Source of the DNA: Malacoraja senta
Taxonomy: Eukaryota
Assembly (NCBI GenBank): GCA_038087875.1
Contig: CM075989.1
Coordinates: 5,704,001-5,768,000, forward strand
DNA: 64,000 nt
Reading direction: 5' to 3'
Positions 12,768 to 27,123 of the stretch are shown one piece after another. A program made the position numbers and the translations under genes. Position 1 is the first letter of the stretch. The number at the start of each line of letters is the position of its first letter. Under the pieces are notes generated by a model. It was not told the origin of the DNA. It ran no database searches and worked only from the letters and a program-made list of their open reading frames with translations.

Positions 12768-15700
12768 CAGTGGAAAGACAATACATGATTACAATTGAGC
12801 CATCCACAGTGTACAGATACATGATAAAGGGAATAAAGTGATCACCATCTAGCGCAGCGTAAAGATAGTCTGAGTGTCTCCATTGAGGTAGATGGTATCT
12901 CGGGAATACTCTCTGGTTGTCGGTAGGATGGTTCAGTTGCCTGATAACAGTTGGGAAGAAACTGTCCCCGAATCTGGATTTATTTAATCCAAGGTACGTG
13001 CCTGCGCAGAAACAACCCTAATTATCTTTTATTTATTAATTTCTCGGAATCTGGGCATTGCTGGCGAAACCATTTATTGATCAAGAGACACACAAAGTGC
13101 TGGAGTAACTCAGCAGGTCAGGCAGCATCTCAGGACAAAAAATGGATAGGTGACGTTTCAGGTCTTCAGACTGAAAGTCTCCCCCCAACTACAATCAGTC
13201 TGAAGAAGGATCCCGAGCCGAAACGTCACATATTATTTCTCTGCAGAGAAGCTGCCTGACCCGCTGAGTTACTCCAGCATTTTGTATCTATCTTTGGTAC
13301 CAACCAGCATCTGCAGTTCTTTGTTGCTGCTCATTTTTATTGTTTTCTTTTGTCTCCTTTTCATCACTCGCCTCCGACCACCCATCTGCTGATCAACCCC
13401 CCCCCCTCCCCCATCTCACCTGTATCCACCTATCAATTGCTAGGCTTTGTCCTTCTCGCTTACCCCCTGCCCCCCCCCCCCCCCCCCACCACTTTTTCTG
13501 CTTTCTCTCCCCAACTACAATCAGTCTGAAGAAGAGTCCCGACCCGAAACATTGCCTTTCAATCCCCTTCACTGATGCTGCCTGAGCTGCTGAATTGGCT
13601 GAAATGGTCCTTCATTCATCGGGGTATCAGGAATTGACAGCATTTGCCAGTAATGTTAATAGAAAGATGGGAATGCTGCTGAGTTATTCCTGTAGCTCCA
13701 GATTCCATCAAACCTGAAGTAAGAAACATGTGGGTTTTTTTTCATGTTATTTATTTTAGTTGTTTATCTTAGACTTTTGCTCTAAGAAAATGTGTGCACT
13801 GACTGGTTGGCATTTCTAATTTCGTTGTACATGTTTACATGTTATAATGACAATAAAGTATTCATTCATTCATTCATGGAAGCATTGCAAAATAGGCGCT
13901 GGAGTAGGCCATTCAGCCCTTCGAGCCAGCACTGCCATTCAATATCATCATGGCTGTTCATCTAAAATCACCACCCCGTTCCTACTTTTTCCCCATATCC
14001 CTTGATGCCTTTGGCCCTAAGAGTTAAATCTAACTCTCTCTTGTAAGGTCCATATGCGCAATTTTGCCTGGGCATTTCCTCCCCAGATGCTGCCTGACCT
14101 AGTGGGTTCTTTTTAGATTTTAGAGATTTTAAAGATACAGCGTGGAAACAGGCCCTTTGGCCCATTGAGTCCATGCTGACCTGTGATCTCCGTACACAAA
14201 CACTATCCTACACACACTAGGGACAATTTACAAACTTTACCGAAGCCAATTAACCTGCAAGCCTGCACGTCTTTGGAGTGCGGGAGGAAACCGGAGCACC
14301 CGAGGAAAACCCACGCAGTCAAGGGGAGAATGTTCCAACACTGTACAGATGGCAACGGCAGTCAGGACCAAACACCGGTTCCTGGCGCGGTAAGGCAGCA
14401 ACTCCACCGCTGCGCCACCGTGCCGCCCTGTTATCTGTTTCATTTTCTCTGATGAAAATTCTAGCTCAACATCAGGTGAATGCATAATGCAAATTCAATA
14501 TGATTATGAAATTATTAATGATGAAATTAATTCAGTGGGAGACAGAACATTTCTCTCTCACGTCAGAGGAATTGTTTACCAAAGGAGCCTCCATCTGCTT
14601 AGAGAACGTTACATAATGTAAAATTTCACTCCTAATTGAGGTTTGGGGGAGGGAATATCGAAGACCGATTGATGTTGATACACAGGGGCTTGCAATCACA
14701 CTCAGCAAGGGTGAGGTCCAGGTCGGGCTGTCATGACGCTTGGCTCTTTCACAATTTACTTTTGTTTAGTTTAGTTTAGTTTAGAGATCCAGCACTGAAA
14801 CAGGCCCTTCGGCCCACGCCGCCCAGCGATCCCCGCACACTAACGCTATCCTACACACACTCGGGACAATTTACATTTACACCAAGCCATTGAACCGACA
14901 AACTTGTTCGTCTTTGGAGTGTGGGAGGAAACCGGAGCTCCCGGAGAAGGCTCCCACGATCACGGGGTGAACCTACAAACTCCGTACAGGCAGCACCCAT
15001 CGTCAGGATCGATCCCGGGTCTCTGGCGCTGTAAGGCAGCAACTCTACCGCTGCGCCACCATTTTCCACAATCTACTACTTTTTATGTAATAGTTTGAAA
15101 ATCTGCCGTCTTGAAATTGAATGATTTTGAAAGCTTTTCAGAGCGGAATGTCAATTATATTAATCGTACACTATCATGAAACTAATGGCTGATATCCTCA
15201 ACTTCAATAAAAATTATAGACTGCAATCAGCGTTGAAAATATTGAGTGAATATAAAATCTGTTCCGTGATCAAAGGAACATATTTAGCCCAATAAAGTCA
15301 TCAATACCTTAAAGATTCTTTTGAAATTCGTCACTGGAAATAACAGATTCAAGAAAATGAAGGAGTATCAGAGATAACAAGTGGCCTTTAGGGCAATTTC
15401 AGTTCTATGTGAAGGAAGGAACTGCAAATGCTGGTTTAAACTAAGGATAGACACAAAGACTTGGAGTAACTCAGCCGGTCAGACAGCGTCTCTGGAGAAA
15501 AGGAATGGGTGACTTTTTGGGTCGAAACACGAAAATATCTTCTATTTTGAGTTGTTATGTACTGGATTGCAGGTCTAACTTTCAAATGCAGATGGTAAGA
15601 GCAAAAAAGTGAATCGTTCTTGTAATATCACAATCTCAGTCAGTCAACCTGGTCAGCTTGGCGGAGTTGGGCCAAAGGGCCTATTTCTGTGCTGTATAGC

Positions 15701-16081
15701 TCTGTGATTCCAGAGGCTAGCTATAGGGAGGAGGGAGGTTGCAGAGATAGGGAGACATGTGTATTGGCATTCTTTGAAAACACAGTGAGAATGTTAACAT
15801 TAAGCCATTGCTGAATCAGGAGTCAGTACAAAGGAGAAATGGATAAATGGGAGATGTCTATCTCGTGTCTATCTTCGATTTAAACCAGCATCTGCAGTTC
15901 GTTCCCACACGTGGATAAATGGGGCTAGGTGCAAGTTAACACATGGGCAGGAGGAATTTAAGAAGAATAAAATGAGGTAAGCAGGCAAGGACAAACGTGC
16001 TCAATGTTAGAATATAAAGTTGAACAGATTTACAGAAATTGTATATCAGGTACCTTAGTTGGCTAGAGAGTTGATGACTAA

Positions 16082-16296
16082 AGGGCCTGTCCCACTTGGG
16101 CGCCATTTGCGCTTCATGCAGGTGGCGCGCGAGGATTTTGAGCATCCCAAAATCCTGGGGCGCGGCGCGCTACCGCACGTCACTGTATACGCCACCACCC
16201 GTCATGCGTGCGTCATGCGCGCGTCACAGCGCGGCAATCAATTTTTAGGATATCGCGTAAATGACGCGCAAATGACGCCCAAGTGGGACAGGCCCT
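16082..16296. mobile_element. PIF/Harbinger-type MITE
   Basis: TIRs agggcctgtcccacttgggcg / cgcccaagtgggacaggccct, TAA on both sides. Confidence 0.85.
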
Positions 16297-18890
16297 TAAA
16301 TCTTTCCTGGGAGATTTAATGCACAGCAATGTTGTTCCTGGTCTATGGCATAGAACATAGAACATAATACAGATCTCAGAGAAAACCCACGCAAGTCACG
16401 GGGAGACCGTACAAACTCGGTACAGACAGCACCCGTGGTCGGGATCGAACCCGGGTCTCTGGTGCTGTGTGCACTGTAAGGCAGCAACTCTACCGCTGCG
16501 CCACCGTGCCATCCCCAAAGTGCAGAAAAGGATTTGAATAAAATAAACTGAGACTGTGACAGAAATACATGGATGAAAGACGGGTCTGTTAAGTCTACTC
16601 CGCCATTCAATCATGGCTGATTTCTGCCGCCTCATCCCATTTTCCTGCCTTCTCCCCATAACTCTTGACATCCATTCTAATTAAGAACTTGTCTATCTCT
16701 GCCTTAAAAATATCCACTGACTTGGCCTCCACAGCCCTCTGTGGCAACGAGTTCCACAGATTAACTACTCTCTGACTAAAGAAGTTCCTCCTTTCTAAAA
16801 GAGCGCCCTTTCATTCTGAGGCTGTGACCTCTGGTCCTAGACTGTCCCACCAGTGGAAACATCCTCTCCCCATCCACTCTATCTACGCCTTTCATTATTC
16901 TGTAAGTTTCAATGAGGTCCCCCCTCAACCTTGTAAACTCCAGCGAGTACAGGCCCAGTGCTGTCAAACGCTCATCATATGCTATCCAACTCATTCCTGG
17001 AATCATTAAAAATTGAAGGCAAAATGATGATGTGTCCAAATCTGTTTCTTTCAAATATCATATCAGATCAAATATCGTCAAGAGTGTTTTATTGGCATAT
17101 CGCCTAAAACAGAACAATGAAATTCTTACGAAGGTAGTCTGTCCCGCTGAGTTACTCCAGCATTTTGTGTCTACCTTCGATTTAAACCAGCATCTGCAGC
17201 TCTTTCCTACACAAAGAAATGCGTACTTGCAGCTGCAGCATAACAGACAGGTAAACATGTAATTAAGAAAGGAACTGCGGATGCTGGTTTATACCGAAGA
17301 TAGACACAAAATGGTGGCGTAACTCAGTGGGTCAGGCAGCATCTCTGGAGAAAATGGATAGGTGACGTTTTGGGTCAGGACCCTTCTTCAGACTGATTGT
17401 AATAGGGAGAGTGGGGGGAAAAACTGGGTGAAAAAAAACCCCAGGCCAAAGCATGGCCGGAAACAAATGACGTCAGGCAAGGAGGTTCCCTGATTGACAG
17501 ATGTTTGGATGGAGACAAGTGTGAGCTCAGGAGGGATACATTGGTGTGAACTGGGAAGTTGATTAACGGGCATTTAGTGGAAGGGGGGGGGGGGTGGGGG
17601 GGTTGGGGGAGGGAGGGGAGAGTTGAGGCAAAGGGATTCCTTGATAGGCTAATTTTTGTATAAGTAAACATTGTACTCTGCAAACAGCAGGACAAACACC
17701 AAAAAGTTCAGCATATTTAGAACATCGAGCAATGGCAGAAACAATGGAGTTTGTAGTGTTCAATAGCCTGATGGCTGTAGGGAAGAAGCTGTTCTTGAAC
17801 CAGGACGTTACCGTTTTCAGGCTCCAGGGCCTTATTCCCGATGGCAGGAGTAAAATGAGAGCGTAGCCAGGATGGCCACATCTGTTGTGCTGCTGCAAGG
17901 AGGGATGTAATTGTTCTGTTTCGGGAGATATGACAATAAAACGCTCGTGACACTCCTGATTCTTGACAGAGGCTGTAAGCAAATATCTTGATATTTGATC
18001 GAATGAAACAGAGCTTTGGATGCATTATTATTTTGCGTTTAAGTTTAGCCTGATGAGAGGCCTGTGTGTGCCCCTCTGATGATGCTGGCTGCCTTTTTAA
18101 GACAGCAACTCCTGTAGATCGCTTCGATGGTGGGAAGGTCAGTACCACAATGGTGGGAAGGTGGACCGACCCCGTTCACCATTTTTCGCAGTCTTCTTCA
18201 TTCCTGGGCATTCAAGTTGCCGATCCAGGCCGTGATGCAACCAGTCAATATCCTCTCTACTGTACACATGTGGAAGTTCAAGGCAGCCACAAAATGTTGG
18301 AGTAACTCAGCGAGACAGGCAGCATCTCTGGAGAGAAGGAATGGGTGACGTTTCAGGTCGAGGCCGTTCTTCAGTCTCCTCTGTAGAAGTTCAAGAGCGG
18401 ATTCATCGACATAACGACCTCTTCTAACGTTATAAATTAAACTTGTAATGAGGCGGTAACATCTTGCATGAAATAAGGTGGATTGAATAAAAGGTGTTGA
18501 ATGGAGCAACTGGGTTAAACGCTGCTCTCATATTATGTTTTATAATAACGTTAAAAAAAAAAATTTCAGCCCAAGCTTAGTCACCAATATCAAATGTTTA
18601 CTTCAACACTCATGTGATCTTGGACTCCGCACAGGTTAAATTAAATTCTTCATATGCGTTTCCTGCTTCATACTTCTGAGCACTGCCATACTTCTGAGAA
18701 CTCACGGGTTTTTTTCTGAGAACAACCTCTGTGGAAGCCAAGTTCCTAGAAAAGCTATGAAAATAATAGCTCCGTGACGCAATACATTATTTATAGTTTC
18801 TCTGTTACAGTTTTCACAATAGCTCCATGGAGGTGCAACAGTTCTCATTTCAGATGATTAATACATCTAAAGAATGATTTAACACAGTAA

Positions 18891-19188
18891 AGGGCCTCTC
18901 CCACTTTCCCGAGTCCTCTGCCGAGTTGAAAGGACCTTAAATAAAAATCAAGATCTACGAACTCCTCCTCCCGACTATCTTTTTACTCGTGGACTTTTTT
19001 GTCATGCTGGAAAAAACTTCCCGACTTACCTGATGCCCCGAGTACCTACGGCTGGCATAACGAGCCGCTACGATATATCTACGGACTCCTACGGCCTCCT
19101 ACGGACTCACTACGGACATTCTCCGAGTTTGAATCAAGGGAAAATTCGGGAGAATTCGTGAGTAACTCGGGAAAGTGGGACAGGGCCT
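18891..19188. mobile_element. PIF/Harbinger-type MITE
   Basis: TIRs agggcctctcccactttcccgag / ctcgggaaagtgggacagggcct, TAA TSD. Confidence 0.85.
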
Positions 19189-19767
19189 TAAGACATTAGG
19201 CAACCCGTTATTAGTTTAGTTTAGTTTAGTTTAGTTTAGTTTAGAGATACAGCGTGGAAACAGGCCCTGTGGCCCACTGAGTCCGCGCCAACCAGTCATC
19301 CTCGTACACTAGCACTATCCTACATGCTAGGGACAACATACAATCGGTACCGAAGCCAATTAACCTACAAACCTGTCGTCTTTGGTGTGTGGGAGGAAAC
19401 CGGAGCACCTGGGTCTCTGGCGCTGTAAGGCAGCAACTCTAACGTTGCACCACCGTGCCACCCTACAATGTTATGTCATGTTAGTGTTGACTCCGCGAAA
19501 GAACTTCTTGATACGTCCATCATCCCAATCCTTTCCCCAGAGCCCTATAACATATTCCCCTTCAACATTTATCCAATTACCTTTTAGAGGTTGTTGAGGA
19601 TTATTCAGAAGTTATAAAATGATATGGAAGTAGTGACTATTTATTCAATAAACGAATCAGACTTCAGAATATCTAATCTAATGTAGCCAGAAGGAATGGG
19701 TGAACAAGGGTCACGACCCGAAATGTCACCGATTCCTTCTCTTCAGAGATGCTGCCTCTCCCACTGA

Positions 19768-21234
19768 TGTACCCACTTTCAACCTCTCACTTCTGAGATC
19801 TCAGGTTCCCACCTGCTTCAAAAGGGCATCAATCATACCAGTGCCCAAGAAGAGCAAGGTGACGTGCCTCAATGATTATCGACCTGTGGCACTAACGCCT
19901 GTGGTGATGAAGTGCTTTGAGAGGTTGATCATGGTGCAACTCAACTCCTACCTCGACAAAAACCTGGACCCACTGCAGTTCGCTTACCGCCACAACAGAT
20001 CAACGGTGGATGCGATCTCGCTGCACTCCGCTCTGGACCACTTGGACAACAAAAACTCATATGTCAGGCTGTTATTCATCGATTACAGCTCGGCATTTAA
20101 CACACTCATCCCCTCCAAGCTGGTTACCAAACTCGCAGAACTGGGTCTCTGCGCATCCCTCTGCAATTGGATCCTCGACTTCCTCACTCTCAGACCACAG
20201 TCTGTTCGTATTGGTGGAAATGTGTCAGACTCGATAACAATCAGCACGGGAGCACCTCAAGGCTGCGTGCTCAGCCCCCTGCTGTACTCACTCTATACTC
20301 ATGACTGCGTAGCTGGTCATAGTGCGAACTCCATCATCAAGTTCGCTGACGACACCACTGTTGTGGGATGTATCACTGATGGGGATGAGTCAGAGTACAG
20401 AAGAGAGATCGAGCAACTGTCCATATGGTGCCAGCACAATAACCTGGCCCTCAACACCAGCAAAACCAAGGAACTGATTGTGGACTTTGGAAGGAGTAGG
20501 ATGGGGACCCACTGTCCCGTCTATATCAACGGGTCGATGGTTGAAAGGGTCAAGAGCTTCAAATTCCTGGGCGTGCACATCTCTGAAGATCTTTCCTGGT
20601 CCGAGAACACTGATGCTACTATTAAGAAAGCACATCAGCGCCTCTACTTCCTGAGAAGATTACGGAGAGTCGGTTTGTCAAGGAGAACTCTCTCTAACTT
20701 CTACAGGTGCACAGTAGAGAGCATGCTGACCGGTTGCATCGTGGCTTGGTTCGGCAACTTGAGCGCCCTGGAGAGGAAAAGACTACAAAGAGTAGTAAAC
20801 ACTGCCCAGTCCATCATTGGCTCTGACCTCCCTTCCATCGAGGGGATCTATCACAGTCACTGCCTCAAAAAGGCTGGCAGCATCATCAAGGACCCACACC
20901 ATCCTGGCCACGCACTCATCTCCCTGCTACCTTCAGGTAGAAGGTACAAGAGCCTGAAGACTGCAACGACCAGGTTCAGGAATAGCTACTTCCCCACAGC
21001 CATCAGGCTATTAAACTTGGCTCGGACAAAACTATGAACATTAATAGCCCATTATCTGTTATTTGCACTTTATCAGTTTATTTATTCATGTGTGTATATA
21101 TTTATATAATGGTATATGGACACACTGATCTGTTTTGTAGTCAATGCCTACTATGTTCTGTTGTGCTGAAGCAAAGCAAGAATTTCATTGTCCTATCAGG
21201 GACACATGACAATAAACTCTCTTGAACTTGAACT
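19768..21234 (+). mobile_element. Rex1/Babar LINE, 5'-truncated, with open RT frame
   Basis: ORF 19700..21037 contains [47 protein letters not shown]; 3' end caataaactctcttgaacttgaac. Inserted into a Penelope-tail repeat. Confidence 0.92.
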
Positions 21235-22986
21235 ACTCCAGCATTTTGTGTCTATCTATTGTAATGTACATTGGAAGCCGTAATGAGTTTGTAATGAAAT
21301 AGACTGCTTTGCAAACAGACTGTCTGCTAATATGTCAATTGAGCTTTCATCAAACCTGAAATCTTCAGCTTAAAAAAGGACATAAAGTTCTAGAGTCATT
21401 CAACGGGGACATGCAGCATAGTTGGAGAACATGATAGGTGGCGTTTTGGGTCACGACCTTTCTTCAGAAGCATCTAATGTTCCTTGTCTCTAATCTCCAT
21501 CTTAAGTTATTACACACTGTTGTGACAGAGATGAAGAAGGATGGGGGGAACTTACCGAATAGTGAAAGGCCTAGATAGAGTGGATGTGGAAAGGATTTTT
21601 CTACTAGTGGGAGAGTCTAGAGCACAGCCTCAGAATAAAAAGACATACCTTCAGGAAGGAGCTGCGGAGAAATTTCTTCAGTCAAAAGGATGGTGAATAT
21701 GTGATGGCTGTGGAGGCCAAGTCATTGGATATTGTTAAGGTGGAGATTGACAGATACATGATTGTTAAGGCTGTCAAAGATTATTGGGAGAAGGGTGGAG
21801 AATGGGGTTGAGAGGGAAAGATGGCTCAGGCATGATTGAATGGTGGAGTGGACCTGATGTGCTGAACGGCTTACTTGTGCTCCAGTGACTCATGAACTTA
21901 TGAACTCTCATGGCAGCTACAATATGCTCATATTGTAAATATGTGATTCTTCAAAGTTAGTTGCCTGCATGCAAAATGTTCAAACGTAGTCGATAATTAT
22001 GCCCATTGAAACTATATTTAAGTGTACATTGTTGTCCTTGTGTGCCATTGAAACTGCAGTTCATCATTTATTGTCATAGAAACTTAGAAAATAGGTGCAG
22101 GAGTCGGCCATTCGGCCCTTCGAGCCAGCAATGCCATTCAATATGATCATAGCTGATCATCCAAAATCAGTACCCCGTTCCAGCTTTTTCCCCATATCCC
22201 TTGATTCCATTAGCCCTCAGAGCTAATTCTAACTCTCTCTTGATAACTCTTTATTTTCTTTATGTCATCTTTGTTTTTCAAACAGATATAAACTGGATAG
22301 AGTCATAGAGTCACACAGCATGGAAACAGGCCCAACTTGCCCATGCTGACCAAAATGCTCCATTTACACTAGTCTCACCTGCCCGCATTTGGACCATATC
22401 CTTTGAATCCTTTCCTATCCTATCCTGTCCAATTGTCTTTTAAATGTTGTAGTGTCAATGAACTTCAAGTTTGGGAGATTTCTACCAAGAGGGTCTTCAT
22501 GAGAATGTCTGTTTCTCTTGAGGAGTAAAGACTTTTATACCAACCAGCTTCAGCCTCTGAGTGACTCAGTTCAAAAAATCACCACAAAAGTCATCTCTTC
22601 ATCTATTTCCTTGCAGAGAATTAATTCCTGAAATGCAGTACGTTTCTGAATCCCTACCCCTGATTCGTTTGAGTGCGTGCGATTTGGTTACTGACTATTC
22701 CTGCCATTAGAAAACAGTTTCCCCACAGTTACTCCATCAAGCATGTAATGATGTTGAAAATACCTCTGTCAGTTTTCCCCACTGAACCATCTCTGTGTTA
22801 AGGCAAGCATGCCCAGTTGCAGTACAAATAGAAATCGTTCAGCTGGGTCTCCATTAGGATTTTCCCCAGTACAATTTCCTCACACCTTATGATTCAAGTC
22901 ATGGTTGTGATCTCTCTCAAGAAACACATTTAGAATAAAACTTTCCCTGTGAGCACTGGTGGAGCAGCGGTAGAGATGCTGGCTAA

Positions 22987-23223
22987 AGGGCCTGTCCCAC
23001 TTTCACGACCTAATTCACGACCTCTGCCGAGTTTGCCCTTGACTCATACTCGCAGCACGGTCGTCACGAGGCCGTAGGAGGTCGTAGGTAGGTCGTAGCA
23101 GGCCGTGATGCTAGTCGTAGGTACTCATGGCATCAAGTAGGTCGGGGCGTTTTTCTAGCCTGATGAAAAATGTCCACGAGTAAAAAAGGTTGTGAATTAA
23201 CTCGTGAAAGTGGGACAGGCCCT
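22987..23223. mobile_element. PIF/Harbinger-type MITE inserted in a SINE head
   Basis: TIRs agggcctgtcccactttcacga / tcgtgaaagtgggacaggccct, TAA TSD; internal sequence related (inverted) to 18891-19188. Confidence 0.88.
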
Positions 23224-24709
23224 TAACAGCGCTTACAGCGCCAGAGACTCGGATTCGATCCTCGCTGTTGGGTGCTGTCTGTACGGAGTTTGTACGTTCT
23301 CCCCGTGACCTGCGTGGGTTTTCTCCGAGATCTTCTCTAAACCAAACTAAACTAAACTGAAAAGACAACCATAGAAAAAACATGGAAAAGGGGGTGGACA
23401 GGCTCGATGCAGGAAGATTGTTCCCGATGTTGGGGAAGTCTGGAACAAGGGGTCACAGTTTAAGGTTAAAGGGGGAAGCCTTTTAGGACCGAGATGAGAA
23501 AAACATTTTTCACACAGAGAGTGGTGAATCTGTGGAATTCTCTGCCACAGAAGGTAGTTGAGGCCAGTTCATTGGCTATATTTAAGAGGGAGTTAGATGT
23601 GGCCCTTGTGGCTAAAGGGATCAGGGGGTATGGAGAGAAGGCAGGTACAGGATACTGAGTGGGATGATCAGCCATGATCATATTGAATGACGGTGCAGGC
23701 TCGAAGGGCCGAATGGCCTACTCCTGCACCTATTTTCTATGTTTCTATGTTTCTAAAATAGGTGCAGGAAGAGGCCATTCGGCCCTTCGAGCCAGCACCA
23801 CCAGTACCTACTAAAGTGCAGACATTTTGGCAAGGTGGAATCTTGCTCAAGTATGTGTGCTGTCTCAGTAGTTACTACGTGCCAGATCTCTGAGTGTGGT
23901 GGCAATGTAACTGGATTGGAACTAACTGAGGTTAGAGGCTTAGTTTGGTTTGCTTTAAAGATACAGCATGGAAATAGGCCCTTCGGCCCCACCGACCATC
24001 ACTCACCACTTTCACATCCACTCCCCGCACACTCAGGGCGATTTACAGAGGGCCAATTAACCTACGACCAGCACATCTTGTGATGTGGAAGGAAACTGGA
24101 GCACCCGGAGGAAACCCACGCGGTCACAGGGAGAACGTGCAAACTCCACACAGACAGAGAGCACCCATGGTCAGGATTGAACCCTGGTCTTGAACGATGT
24201 GAGGCTGCAGCTCTACCCACTGTGCTCAGCATGTTGTCATTGAGGAGGTTGGGGGAGGGGGAGAATCTAACGATTCCTTCCCTCAGATTTAAGCCTGCAC
24301 GATAATTGCTCACATCATCTGTACACAGGTTTAGTTTAGTTTAGTGGAGTTTAGTTTAGTTCAGAGTTACAGTTGTGGAAACAAGCCCTTCGGCCCATTG
24401 AGTCCACACCAACCAGCAATCCCAGTACACTTTCCTACCCTCCAGGGACAATCTACCAAAGTCAATTAACCTACAAACCTGTACGTCTTTGGAGTGTGGG
24501 ATGAAACTGGAGCAACTGGAGAAAACCCATGCGTACAAATTCTGTACAGACAGCACTCATACTCGGGAACAAACCCGGGTGTCTGGAGCTGTAAGGCAGC
24601 AACTCTACCGCTGCGCCACCGTGCCGCCGCAGAAAAAGGTCTTTTAATTAATTCCTTTAAATTGCTTTCTGCCAGAAGGGGAAATTCCTCTATTCTTGCA
24701 GATGAATCC

Positions 24710-25255
24710 CAAGTTTTGGTCCCCTAATTTGAGGAAGGACATTCTTGCTATTGAGGGAGTGCAGCGTAGGTTTACAAGGTTAATTCCCGGGATGGCGGGA
24801 CTGTCGTATGCTGAGAGAATGGAGCGGCTGGGCTTGTACACTCTGGAGTTTAGAAGGATGAGAGGAGATCTTATTGAAACATATAACATTGTTAAGGGTT
24901 TGGACACGCTAGAGGCAGGAAACATGTTCCCGATGTTGGGGGAGTCCAGAACCAGGGGCCACAGTTTAAGAATAAGGGGTAAGCCATTTAGAACGGAGAC
25001 GAGGAAACACTTTTTCACACAGAGAGTTGTGAGTCTGTGGAATTCTCTGCCTCAGAGGGAGGTGGAGGCCAGATATCTGGATACTTTCAAGAGAGAGCTA
25101 GATAGGGCTCTTAAAGATAGCGGAGTCATGGGATATGGGGAGAAGGCAGGAACGGGGTACTGATTGGGGATGATCAGCCATGATCACATTGAATGGCAGT
25201 GCTGGCTCGAAGGGCCGAATGGCCTACTCCTGCACCTATTGTCTATTGTCTATTG
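24710..25255 (+). mobile_element. CR1 LINE 3' fragment with open C-terminal frame
   Basis: ORF 24696..25163 FWSPNLRKDILAIEGVQRRFTRLIPGM...; (ctattgt)n tail. Confidence 0.9.
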
Positions 25256-25602
25256 AAGACTAGCCACAAATTGATGGCTTTGTTCAGCAACATGACTATA
25301 AGAATGTGAGAGTGAATAACATGTTCTGATATGCTGGAAGAGACACTGAGACTGTAAATGTCCCATATCAATGCAAGATCTCCCTTCATTCTTTTCAACA
25401 ATGTTTAAATTAATTTTACCGAGAAAGATTATCGCAGAAAATTATGTCATTTGAAGAATCAATTTCACACAATGATCCTGAACGGGTTCTGTGCCTTTTT
25501 GAATTCTTCGTTGTCTTTTCTTCTTTATTCAGAACCTTGGGATTGAGTTCGACCAACTTCAGTTTAGGTTCTGGGGTTGTTGGGTGATTGAAGAGGCCAA
25601 TT

Positions 25603-26150
25603 GTTTTTTTTTTTAATTTTATTTTTATTTTTTTATTTATTAGAAGTACATTACATTACAACCAATTACATTAGTACTCATCACATATATCTTATTACAA
25701 TTAATGTACTCCGTTTATTTTCTACACTAATAAAGGGAAAGGATGAGATTGAGAGAAAGAAGAAAGTGAAGGAAAAAAGTGAAAGTGTAAAAAACGTGAC
25801 AACAACAAAAACAAAAACAAAAGACAAAGACCCTATAAGAAAGAAATTAAAAACAAAAGGAAAGAGTTAAGAAATAGACCCTGAAAAAGAAGAAAAAAGA
25901 GAGAGAGGGAAAAAAGAAAAACTTTTTTTTGTAAGCATCACGCAAATGGGACATACCAACTCTCCAGCTTTCATCCCTCCTTACCTGACCGCAGTTCTTT
26001 TTAGTACTTTTTGCACCCTGTACTTGTAATAATTCTATAAATGCAGACCACGTCAGGTGGAAGTGATCTGGTTTACCTGCCAGGAGGAGTCTTATCTCTT
26101 CTAGGTGTAATGTTTCGAACATATTTGAAATCCACATGTTTATAATTGGG
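25603..26150 (-). mobile_element. Short 5'-truncated L1, same subfamily as 61808-64000
   Basis: WISNMFETLHLEEIRLLLAGKPDHFHLTWSAFIELLQ identical to the 62198 ORF; shared 3' UTR and poly(A); imperfect TSD ggccaa(t)tgtt at 25595 and 26149. Confidence 0.88.
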
Positions 26151-26515
26151 CCAATGTTGATCCCAAAGATTCTTCTACACTTGGGGCTGGTAGTGTACGT
26201 TGAGATGGGGATAAGGGGTAGTTTGTGAGTTTACGCACTCCTTCCACCGTGTACATTGAATAGGTTTAGTTTAGTTTAGTTTAGAGAATCAGAGGCTCTT
26301 CGGCCCACCAAGCCCATGCCGACCAGCGATCCCCGCATGCTTGTACTATCCTACACACAGTAGGGACAATTTACAATTATACCAAGCCAATTAACCAACA
26401 AACCTGTACGTCTTTGGAATGTTGGAGGAAACCGGAGATCCCAGAGATATGTCCAACTTCCTTATAAATTATAGACTGCATTCAGCTTATTGTAAATATT
26501 GAGTGAAAATAGAAG

Positions 26516-27123
26516 TTTAAGAAAGAACTGCAGATGATGGAAAAATCAAAGGGAGACAAAAATGCTGGAGAAACTCAGTGGGTGAGGCAGCATCTATGGA
26601 GCGAAGGAAATAGGCGACGTTTCGGGTCGAGAGCCTTCTTCAGACTGATGTGGGGCGGGGTTGGAAGAAGAAAGGAAGAGGCGGAGACAGTAGGCTGTGG
26701 GAGAGCTGGGAAGGGGAGGGGAAGGAGGGAGAAAGCAAGGACTACCTGAAATTGGAGAAGTCAATGTTCATACCGCTGGGGTGTAAACTACCCAAGCGAA
26801 ATATGAGGTGCTGTCAGAGTCCCCCTTTGTCCCCACCTTCCATCCTACCAGCCGTCACATACAACAGATAATCCTCCGACATTTTCGCCACCTCCAACGG
26901 GACCCCACCACTGGCCACATCTTCCCATCTCCTGCCGTTTCAGCTTTCCACAGAGACCGCTCCCTCCGTAACTCCTGGTCAATTCGTCCCTTCCCACCCA
27001 AACCAACTGGTACTTTCCCATGTAACCGCAGGAAAGTGACAAGGCTACAGTTGTCGCTTTACCTCCCCCCTCGACTCCATCCAAGGACCCAAGCAGCCTT
27101 TCCAGGTGAGGCAGAGGTTCACA
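26516..27123. mobile_element. Penelope-like fragment with internal inversion (minus 26516-26812, plus 26815-27123)
   Basis: Both parts match segments of 37250-38045 in opposite orientations. A further PLE fragment lies at about 27780-28225. Confidence 0.75.

Noticed and set aside
19700..21037. 445-aa ORF as a host gene
   Set aside because: It is a 5'-truncated Rex1-type RT fused by chance to flanking repeat sequence.
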